A stretch of DNA of 14,144 nucleotides from a virus. Its lineage: Duplodnaviria > Heunggongvirae > Uroviricota > Caudoviricetes. Under the pieces are notes generated by a model. It was not told the DNA's origin and made no database searches. It saw only the letters and a list, made by a program, of their open reading frames with translations. A program made the position numbers and the translations under genes. Below are positions 1 to 6,769 of this stretch, piece by piece. Within the stretch, counting starts at the first letter, position 1, and every line of letters starts with the position of its first letter. The stretch lies in IMG/VR virus record IMGVR_UViG_2657244940_000005; one strand, given 5' to 3'.

Positions 1-1
1 G

Positions 2-181
2 GGCGTGGCGCGCGTGGTTGCTGCAATGCAAGACCCCAATCCGCAGGTCGCTGGACGTGGACTTTACCGTCTGCAACAGGCTGGCATTGACGTCAGCCAC
101 GGGCTGATGATGAGTGAAGCTGAGCAATTGAATAAAGGCTTTCTCAAGCGGATGCGCACCGGCTTTCTAATGCGAAAGTAA
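2..181 (+). pseudogene. ribD: 5'-and-3'-truncated fragment of a riboflavin-biosynthesis deaminase (RibD-like, CMP/dCMP deaminase domain)
   Basis: Frame 2 translates to [55 protein letters not shown], which I recognise as the deaminase-domain region of enterobacterial RibD. After RMRTGF (ending at 166) the frame reads LMRK and stops at 179-181, whereas intact RibD continues for about 220 more residues. Identification is from memory of the protein, not a search. Confidence 0.6.
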
Positions 182-440
182 GGCGCGCCGGAAGTGTGCC
201 GTTTGCCTTCTGCCCTGCCAGCAGCTGCGGCAGGATGCGTGTGCGGAACTTGGTCATACCGTTGAGCGCGATAGACAGCAGTTGATGCTTGATGTACGGG
301 TTACGGAAACGTCCGGTGACTGCACTGGCGAAAGACTCCAGCTCATCGCGTGGCAAATCCAGTACCGGAATAATATCTAGAAGAACGCCGGGCAAGGGCT
401 GAAGCAATGGCAGCTCGCCTTGATAGCCTGGCGTGTCATA
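168..440 (-). pseudogene. Internal fragment of an unplaced gene on the minus strand, inside six-frame ORF 144..503
   Basis: The middle of the 119-aa minus ORF (…[69 protein letters not shown]) has ordinary globular-protein composition. Its last 7 residues plus stop are just the reverse complement of the ribD fragment, and its first ~40 residues look non-protein-like. It feels like a sugar-acid or polyol dehydrogenase C-terminal region (possibly UxaB-like), but I cannot confirm that from memory. Boundaries are approximate. Confidence 0.3.
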
Positions 441-531
441 TAACATCCCGCCAGCTAAACCACGTCGAAGCGGCAGAACTGCTGCGTGTGAATGCTGAAG
501 CAATCCAGAACGAAGCGCAGGAGATCCACTG
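407..531 (+). CDS. Small hypothetical protein (41 aa), first visible gene of the rightward early operon
   Basis: ATG at 407 preceded by AAGGG; translates to [41 protein letters not shown]. Its TGA stop (529-531) abuts the ATG of the zinc-finger gene at 532 (TGATG). Below the ORF-track size cutoff. Its 5' part overlaps the minus ORF 144..503, so both cannot be real. Confidence 0.35.
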
Positions 532-759
532 ATGGCTGATGCAATGGATCTCGTACAGCAGCGCGTTGAAGAAGAACGCCAGCGTCATATCCGTGCTGCC
601 CGCGCCAAAACGCCGGGCGTGTCCCGCGTGCTTTGCATTGAGTGTGAAGCAGCAATTCCGCCAGCACGCCGCCGTGCCATTCCTGGAGTGCAGCTTTGCA
701 TTACCTGCCAGGAAATCGCAGAGCTGAAAGGCAAACATTACAACGGAGGTGCTGTATGA
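532..759 (+). CDS. DksA/TraR-family C4-type zinc-finger protein (phage early protein)
   Basis: 75 aa with CIEC…(17 aa)…CITC, the CxxC-N17-CxxC arrangement of TraR/DksA zinc fingers; such genes sit upstream of gene A in P2/186-like phages. The stop overlaps the Dam start (ATGA at 756-759). Confidence 0.8.
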   Translation: MADAMDLVQQRVEEERQRHIRAARAKTPGVSRVLCIECEAAIPPARRRAIPGVQLCITCQEIAELKGKHYNGGAV

Positions 760-1613
760 GCACCATCCTGAAATGGGCGGGAAATAAAACTGCCATTATG
801 TCCGAACTGAAAAAACACCTTCCTGCTGGCCCGCGACTGGTTGAACCTTTCGCGGGTTCCTGTGCTGTGATGATGGAGACGGATTACCCCAGCTATCTTG
901 TTGCGGATATTAATCCTGATTTAATCAACCTCTATAAAAAGGTTGCTGCTGATTGTGAGGCGTTTATATCTCGTGCCAGAGCTTTATTTGAGGAAGCAAA
1001 CAGGGAGGTGGCTTATTACAACATAAGGCAGGAGTTTAATTACTCCACTGAAATTACTGATTTCATGAAAGCGATATATTTTCTGTATCTCAATCGTCAT
1101 GGTTACCGTGGGTTATGTCGCTATAACAAGAGCGGGTATTTCAACATTCCCTACGGTAATTATAAAAATCCGTATTTCCCTGAAAAAGAAATTCGCGCAT
1201 TTGCAGAGAAAGCCCAGCGGGCAACGTTTATCTGCGCCAGCTTTGATGAAACGCTGGCGATGTTGAAGGCGGGGGATGTGGTGTATTGCGATCCGCCGTA
1301 TGACGGTACGTTTTCCGGCTATCACACTGATGGTTTCACTGAAGATGACCAGTATCACCTGGCATCCGTTCTTGAACATCGGTCATCAGAAGGACATCCG
1401 GTCATTGTTTCTAACAGTGACACATCCCTGATCCGTTCGCTGTATCGCAATTTTACTCACCACTACATCAAGGCAAAACGCAGCATCGGCGTAGCAGCTG
1501 GTGAGAGTAAATCTGCAACAGAAATCATCGCTGTTTCTGGGGCGCGCTGCTGGGTGGGATTTGATCCTTCGCGTGGCGTGGATAGTTCTGCCGTGTATGG
1601 AGTGCGTGCATGA
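756..1613 (+). CDS. dam: Dam-type N6-adenine DNA methyltransferase (D12 class)
   Basis: ATG at 756 with GGAGG 6 nt upstream; N-terminal SAM-binding motif ([11 protein letters not shown]) and catalytic DPPY motif ([12 protein letters not shown]) in the order typical of Dam-family enzymes. The six-frame ORF begins at 696, but the RBS-supported start is 756. The stop overlaps the A start (ATGA at 1610-1613). Confidence 0.9.
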   Translation: MSTILKWAGNKTAIMSELKKHLPAGPRLVEPFAGSCAVMMETDYPSYLVADINPDLINLYKKVAADCEAFISRARALFEEANREVAYYNIRQEFNYSTEITDFMKAIYFLYLNRHGYRGLCRYNKSGYFNIPYGNYKNPYFPEKEIRAFAEKAQRATFICASFDETLAMLKAGDVVYCDPPYDGTFSGYHTDGFTEDDQYHLASVLEHRSSEGHPVIVSNSDTSLIRSLYRNFTHHYIKAKRSIGVAAGESKSATEIIAVSGARCWVGFDPSRGVDSSAVYGVRA

Positions 1614-4024
1614 GCCATGCTGATATGAACAACTGCAGCGGCTTTAACGAGGCCGCCGCAGCATTCTCATGGAACAGCCCGAAAAAGGCTATTAACCCTT
1701 ATCTGGACCCGGCGGAAGTTGCGCCGGTTTCTGCGCTTTCAAACCTGATCACTCTGTACGCTGCCGATAACGAGCAGGAACAACTGCGCCGCGAGGCACT
1801 GAGTGATCAGGTCTGGGAGCGTTATTTCTTTAATGCATCCCGTGATCCTGTCCAGCGCGAAATGGAGCAGGATAAGCTCATTAGCCGGGCAAAGCTGGCG
1901 CATGAGCAGCAGCGTTTTAATCCGGACATGGTCATACTGGCGGACGTTAACGCCCAGCCTTCCCATATCAGCAAGCCGCTGATGCAACGTATTGAATACT
2001 TCAGCAGCCTGGGCAGGCCAAAGGCTTATTCCCGCTATTTGCGTGAGACGATTAAGCCATGTCTGGAACGACTGGAGCATGTACGCGACAGTCAGCTATC
2101 CACTTCTTTTCGCTTTATGGCAAGCCATGAAGGGCTGGACGGCCTGCTGATCTTGCCTGAAATGAGTCAGGATCAGGTGAAACGCCTGTCTACTCTTGTC
2201 GCTGCGCATATGAGTATGTGTCTTGATGCCGCTTGTGGTGATTTGTATGCCACCGATGATGTTAAGCCAGAAGAAATCCGCAAGACATGGGAAAAGGTGG
2301 CAGCAGAAACCCTGCGACTGGATGTCATACCGCCTGCGTTTGAGCAACTCCGCCGGAAAAGAAACCGCCGTAAACCCGTACCCTATGAACTCATTCCGGG
2401 TTCGCTGGCGCGTATGTTGTGCGCCGACTGGTGGTATCGGAAATTGTGGAAGATGCGTTGTGAATGGCGGGAAGAGCAGTTGCGTGCTGTTTGCCTGGTC
2501 AGCAAAAAAGCATCTCCCTATGTCAGCTATGAAGCCGTGATGCATAAACGTGAGCAGCGCCGTAAGTCGCTGGAGTTTTTCCGTTCTCATGAACTGGTGA
2601 ACGAAGACGGCGACACGCTGGACATGGAGGATGTGGTAAACGCCAGCAGCAGCAACCCTGCGCATCGCCGCAATGAGATGATGGCCTGTGTTAAAGGTCT
2701 GGAGCTTATCGCGGAAATGCGCGGTGACTGCGCCGTTTTCTACACCATCACCTGTCCGTCACGTTTCCATTCCACGCTAAATAACGGCAGGCCCAACCCG
2801 ACCTGGACAAATGCGACGGTAAGACAAAGCAGTGATTATCTGGTCGGCATGTTTGCTGCATTTCGTAAGGCGATGCACAAAGCCGGATTGCGCTGGTATG
2901 GCGTGCGGGTGGCTGAGCCGCATCATGACGGCACAGTTCACTGGCACCTGTTGTGTTTCATGCGCAAAAAAGACCGCCGCGCCATTACTGCATTGTTGCG
3001 TAAGTTTGCTATCCGTGAAGACCGCGAGGAGCTGGGTAATAACACGGGGCCACGCTTTAAGTCTGAGCTGATAAACCCGCGCAAAGGAACGCCGACTAGC
3101 TACATCGCGAAATACATCAGTAAGAACATTGACGGGCGTGGTCTGGCTGGCGAGATCAGCAAGGAAACGGGTAAATCTCTGCGTGATAACGCTGAATACG
3201 TTAATGCCTGGGCGTCTCTGCATCGTGTTCAGCAATTCCGCTTCTTTGGCATTCCGGGGCGTCAGGCTTACCGTGAACTGCGATTGCTGGCTGGTCAGGC
3301 GGCAAGGCAACAGGGTGACAAAAAAGCAGGTGCGCCGGTACTGGATAACCCGCGCCTTGATGCCATTCTGGCTGCAGCTGATGCTGGTTGTTTTGCCACC
3401 TACATCATGAAGCAGGGCGGCGTACTGGTTCCCCGTAAATATCACCTCATCAGAACCGCTTATGAAATCAACGAAGAGCCGACCGCCTATGGCGATCACG
3501 GCATTCGTATTTATGGCATCTGGTCACCCATTGCAGAGGGTAAGATCTGCACTCATGCAGTGAAGTGGAAAATGGTTCGTAAGGCCGTTGACGTTCAGGA
3601 GGCGGCAGCCGACCAGGGCGCTTGCGCCCCTTGGACTCGTGGCAATAACTGTCCCCTTGCTGAAAATTTGAACCAACAAGGGAAAGACAAATCAGCTGAT
3701 GGGGATACCAGAACGGATATCACCCGCATGGATGACAAGGAGTTGCACGATTACCTGCACAGTATGAGCAAAAAAGAGCGCCGGGAACTGGCAGCAAGAT
3801 TACGCCTGGTTAAACCGAAACGGCGTAAAGACTACAAACAGCGAATTACAGAGTATCAGCGTCAGCAGCTCGTCTATGAACTGAAGTCCAGAGGATTTGA
3901 TGGCAGCGAGAAAGAGGTCAATTTGCTCCTTCGCGGCGGCAGTATTCCGTCAGGAGCAGGCCTGCGTATCTTCTATCGGAACCAGCGTTTGCAGGAAGAT
4001 GATCAGTGGCGGAACCTGTATTAA
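1610..4024 (+). CDS. A: Replication initiation endonuclease, P2 gpA family (rolling-circle HUH relaxase)
   Basis: 804 aa; HUH-type motif (VHWHLL) and paired active-site tyrosines ([14 protein letters not shown]) characteristic of P2 A / phiX174-type Rep proteins; GGAG 7 nt upstream of the ATG; position and size match P2 gene A (761 aa as I recall). Confidence 0.92.
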   Translation: MSHADMNNCSGFNEAAAAFSWNSPKKAINPYLDPAEVAPVSALSNLITLYAADNEQEQLRREALSDQVWERYFFNASRDPVQREMEQDKLISRAKLAHEQQRFNPDMVILADVNAQPSHISKPLMQRIEYFSSLGRPKAYSRYLRETIKPCLERLEHVRDSQLSTSFRFMASHEGLDGLLILPEMSQDQVKRLSTLVAAHMSMCLDAACGDLYATDDVKPEEIRKTWEKVAAETLRLDVIPPAFEQLRRKRNRRKPVPYELIPGSLARMLCADWWYRKLWKMRCEWREEQLRAVCLVSKKASPYVSYEAVMHKREQRRKSLEFFRSHELVNEDGDTLDMEDVVNASSSNPAHRRNEMMACVKGLELIAEMRGDCAVFYTITCPSRFHSTLNNGRPNPTWTNATVRQSSDYLVGMFAAFRKAMHKAGLRWYGVRVAEPHHDGTVHWHLLCFMRKKDRRAITALLRKFAIREDREELGNNTGPRFKSELINPRKGTPTSYIAKYISKNIDGRGLAGEISKETGKSLRDNAEYVNAWASLHRVQQFRFFGIPGRQAYRELRLLAGQAARQQGDKKAGAPVLDNPRLDAILAAADAGCFATYIMKQGGVLVPRKYHLIRTAYEINEEPTAYGDHGIRIYGIWSPIAEGKICTHAVKWKMVRKAVDVQEAAADQGACAPWTRGNNCPLAENLNQQGKDKSADGDTRTDITRMDDKELHDYLHSMSKKERRELAARLRLVKPKRRKDYKQRITEYQRQQLVYELKSRGFDGSEKEVNLLLRGGSIPSGAGLRIFYRNQRLQEDDQWRNLY

Positions 4025-4177
4025 TTACGCGGGTTAACAATTCGTGCTATTAATAATACCAGGCATATCAGGCTGATGAACGTAAAAAAACGTTTTACAT
4101 CAGTAAGATTATTATATACTGTAAATATAAACAGTGGTTATACATATAGTATTGCGTGTGGTGTCATAGGAGGAAAG
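4025..4177 (+). promoter_or_regulatory. AT-rich intergenic region, putative promoter for the cargo genes
   Basis: Sharp drop in GC content immediately after the A stop (ttaattacgcgggttaacaattcgtgctattaataatacc…), a TTTACA hexamer at 4094-4099 and several TATA-like hexamers downstream. The exact -35/-10 pairing is not resolved by eye. Confidence 0.3.
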
Positions 4178-4366
4178 ATGCAGGACTATTTTTTGGAGTC
4201 TTTGAAGCTCCAGCGCATTGATTTTTTTCTTAAGCTTGTAGCGGCTAGTGAGTGTAGTGATGAAGAGAAGGGGCTGGCTCTGCAGTGGGTTTCTGAATTG
4301 ACTGATGAACTCATGGCAAAAATCAGAACCCACGAATACAACCGCTCAATGGATGTCATCAGCTGA
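4178..4366 (+). CDS. Hypothetical small protein (62 aa), probably helical, in the accessory locus
   Basis: ATG at 4178 with a perfect AGGAGG 4 nt upstream; MQDYFLESLKLQRIDFFLKLVAASECSDEEKGLALQWVSELTDELMAKIRTHEYNRSMDVIS. No family recognised. The longer six-frame ORF from 4076 lacks an RBS. Confidence 0.55.
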   Translation: MQDYFLESLKLQRIDFFLKLVAASECSDEEKGLALQWVSELTDELMAKIRTHEYNRSMDVIS

Positions 4367-4376
4367 GGTGACTTTT

Positions 4377-4610
4377 ATGCGCATTGAAATAATGATCGAT
4401 AAAGAGCAGAAGATTAGCCAGTCTACCCTGGACGCCCTTGAATCCGAGCTTTACCGCAATCTGCGCCCCCTGTATCCCAAAACGGTAATTCGCATTCGCA
4501 AAGGTAGCTCTAACGGTGTGGAACTAACCGGACTGCAACTGGACGAAGAAAGAAAACAAGTGATGAAAATTATGCAGAAGGTGTGGGAAGACGACAGCTG
4601 GCTGCATTAA
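4377..4610 (+). CDS. DinI-family protein (SOS/RecA-modulator-like)
   Basis: ATG at 4377 with GAGG upstream; MRIEIMIDKEQKISQSTLDALESELYRNLRPLYPKTVIRIRKGSS…KIMQKVWEDDSWLH resembles E. coli DinI (MRIEVTIAK…, acidic C-terminal helix with conserved W). Confidence 0.75.
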   Translation: MRIEIMIDKEQKISQSTLDALESELYRNLRPLYPKTVIRIRKGSSNGVELTGLQLDEERKQVMKIMQKVWEDDSWLH

Positions 4611-4745
4611 GAAACGTTGCTGGCGTCTGAACTTGCTTCTGGCGTCAGCAAGGTTGAACAACGAGCCCTTGCGAGGCGTTAGCTCTGTAGTGCATGTCTA
4701 TGCCGCATGAGATCGCATGATCGTTTGAGGATCGTTTTTGCTAAG

Positions 4746-4770
4746 GCCCGCCAGAACTGGCGGGCTTTTG
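4746..4770 (+). terminator. Rho-independent terminator candidate closing the rightward early/cargo transcript
   Basis: Perfect inverted repeat GCCCGCCAG / CTGGCGGGC (4746-4765) followed by TTTT (4766-4769). Confidence 0.55.
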
Positions 4771-4814
4771 CGTAGATCATGCAGGTGCATGAAAACCACT
4801 ACATAAAGCGGGCA

Positions 4815-4833
4815 GGCGTAGCGGGGATACGAG
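4815..4833. other. Candidate cos (cohesive-end) core, tentative
   Basis: GGCGTAGCGGGGATACGAG shares the GGCG-GCGGGGA core with the 19-nt P2/186 cos sequences as I remember them (GGCGAGGCGGGGAAAGCAC and GGCGTGGCGGGGAAAGCAT), and lies between the end of the A-side genes and the 3' end of Q, where cos sits in P2. The reference sequences are recalled, not checked. Confidence 0.2.
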
Positions 4834-4919
4834 CGCGCGCAACGGGGTGAAATGGTGAAAATCCGGCGCAATCTCCGGCACGCTGGCGGCTTCAATTGGT
4901 GAGGGTGGGGGAGCGGCAG

Positions 4920-4956
4920 AAAAAAAGAAGCGCCCCGCAGAATGCTGCTGGGGCGC
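4920..4956 (-). terminator. Rho-independent terminator candidate downstream of portal gene Q
   Basis: GC-rich hairpin GCGCCCCGCAG…CTGCTGGGGCGC (4930-4956) followed on the minus strand by a T-run (plus-strand AAAAAAA at 4920-4926); lies 3' of the Q stop at 4992. Confidence 0.55.
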
Positions 4957-4991
4957 TGTGAGGGGTAGTCTTGTTGTCGTGGTGCGGTGGG

Positions 4992-6047
4992 TCAGTCGTT
5001 GCGCTTGTCTTCTGTCAGTCCCAGCGTGTACGGCTCAAAGCGGATCACTTCTTCTCCAAGCCAGTCGTTAAGCTCCTGCAGTCGCTTCTGCAGCGGCATC
5101 AGCTCGTTGCGGACAAAGACGCGGCTGGCCTTTTCCACATCACCAAAGCCGCCGGTATTGTTGGGAATAATGCCCATCATCTGCGGCGGTACGCGGTGCG
5201 CTGCCATCATGTCATCGCGGCTCACGTTCTTGATGTTCAGAAACTCATCCTTTGCCGCAACCTCCGATAACGGGATGATCTGGATGCCGTCCTTTTTACC
5301 GTTGGGTGAGTACATAAACAGGTTACGGAAGTTGCCCGGCCCTTTGGCGCTTTTCATTGCCTGGCGGATATTGTTCACGTCCTCCTGATTCTGTGCTGCG
5401 TCGGTCATGTACATGATGAAACCCGCATGGCTGCCGTTGATGTAATACTTCCGGCGGAACAGCGTTGCGGACTCGTTGAGCAGGGTTGACGGGATGGCGG
5501 AGAGATAGCCGGGCAGCCCGTAAATCTCCTGGTTAATATCCGGCTCCAGCAGATGAAAGATGTTGCCCTGCGTAAATTCATAGGGCTGCGTGGTCAGGCC
5601 ATACTGCACAAACCAGTAGGTGTCGAGGTCCACGCCACGGCGTGTGTACTTCGCCAGTGCTGGCTCCAGTGAGAGAACGCCGCCGAGCCGGTTGGTGCGC
5701 TTTTCCAGATAGGCGTTACCGAACACCAGATAGTCCTGTACGAAACGGGCAAAAGCCTGCTGGCTGAGCAGGCGGTGCGGGATGTAGGTACTGCTGAGAA
5801 TGTCACGCTTAACGGCAATCGGTGAGCTGTGATGCACGGCGGCGCGATAGGTCCGCGCCAGTCCGTCAAAGCTCACCGGCGGCTCATACCAGCGGTCCAT
5901 CTGCACGCATTCCACGTAGTCCAGCAATTCGCGTCGGTCTAACACCGGCACCGGGTCGCCAAAGCTAAACGCCTCTGCCGCAGCGCCGCCAGATTCTGCG
6001 TTGTGATCCACCGCTGCGCGGTTGTTCTTGTTTTTACGTTTGCTCAT
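4992..6047 (-). CDS. Q: Portal protein, P2 gpQ family
   Basis: 351 aa, similar in size to P2 Q (344 aa), and positioned immediately downstream of the terminase ATPase region on the leftward strand. Its ATG overlaps the stop of the upstream gene (ATGA at 6044-6047). Confidence 0.9.
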   Translation of the reverse strand: MSKRKNKNNRAAVDHNAESGGAAAEAFSFGDPVPVLDRRELLDYVECVQMDRWYEPPVSFDGLARTYRAAVHHSSPIAVKRDILSSTYIPHRLLSQQAFARFVQDYLVFGNAYLEKRTNRLGGVLSLEPALAKYTRRGVDLDTYWFVQYGLTTQPYEFTQGNIFHLLEPDINQEIYGLPGYLSAIPSTLLNESATLFRRKYYINGSHAGFIMYMTDAAQNQEDVNNIRQAMKSAKGPGNFRNLFMYSPNGKKDGIQIIPLSEVAAKDEFLNIKNVSRDDMMAAHRVPPQMMGIIPNNTGGFGDVEKASRVFVRNELMPLQKRLQELNDWLGEEVIRFEPYTLGLTEDKRND

Positions 6048-6769
6048 GCCGCCTGCTCCTTGTCAGCCTGGGGCCATTCGCACATAAACAGCATTTTCCA
6101 GTCCTCCGGTGATAATTCTTTTTTCATGTCATTCAGCCATTCATCATCAAAGAGCGCGGCTCCGGTTGCGAGCGTAGCCCCGGATGCTGCAGCGTCATCA
6201 GCGGTAAAGGTCATGCAGGTAGTGCTGTTGCGGGCGATCAGATTCTTGTATTCCTGCCATGCTTCCGGGCTGGGGCTTGGGGTGGTGTAGTAGGTAGCGT
6301 GATAGCGCGCGTGCATGGACAGGCTTTTGGCGAGCGCAATCATATTTTTGGGGGAGTCAGCCCAGGCATACTCTGACACGTAGACGTTTCCATGGAGCGC
6401 GGCGGCGAGACTTTCCGGCCCGATAAAATAAATGACCGCACCGTTTGGGAGTTCCAGATGCGCTTTACCTGATTTTATTTTCCCAAGATGCGTCCAGGCT
6501 GCTGCCTCACTTAAAAAAGCTGATATATAGGTTTTGACGGTCAGGGCTGATGCCGGGGTGCAGCCCAGAAAAATCTGGTTGCGTCCGGTGTGCAGTGCAT
6601 CGTTCAGGGCTTCGTAGGCGAAAAAGAAATCCGCGCCAGCCTGACGCATTTTTGTAAGCACGCGGTTTCTGCTGCGTGCGCCACTGTTCCATTCATGCTG
6701 GTAAGCAAAGAAAGGGCGATCTACAGGCAGGCTGGCGGTGGTCATGAGGTTAGTTGGGGTTGAGTGCAT
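6044..6769 (-). CDS. Standalone terminase-ATPase-domain paralog (241 aa), an extra gene between P and Q
   Basis: Aligns over its whole length with the central ATPase core of the adjacent P protein: [50 protein letters not shown] against [55 protein letters not shown], HGN-Y-(D/S)EY-W, TPS, LFD and MCE(W/F) are conserved; by-eye identity is roughly a third. It lacks P's N-terminal ~135 aa and the entire C-terminal nuclease domain. Walker-B-like LYLDEY of P is VYVSEY here. The start overlaps the P stop (TGATG at 6767-6771) and the stop overlaps the Q start. Confidence 0.7.
   Translation of the reverse strand: [241 protein letters not shown]

Noticed and set aside
144-503. Full-length 119-aa minus-strand ORF as an intact gene
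   Set aside because: Its C-terminal residues are the reverse complement of the RibD-like frame and its N-terminal ~40 residues have non-protein-like composition; only the middle looks like real coding sequence, so it is treated as a fragment.
2777-3499. 240-aa minus-strand ORF (also 2096-2665 minus and 1739-2080 minus)
   Set aside because: Antisense to replication gene A, which has clear catalytic motifs; no RBS or family resemblance.
4076-4366. Longer 96-aa version of the first cargo ORF starting at 4076
   Set aside because: The upstream extension runs through the AT-rich promoter-like region and has no RBS, whereas a perfect AGGAGG precedes the internal ATG at 4178.
4698-4895. 65-aa minus-strand ORF in the cos/terminator region
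   Set aside because: Spans two terminator hairpins and the candidate cos core; Arg/Pro/Cys-rich; no RBS.
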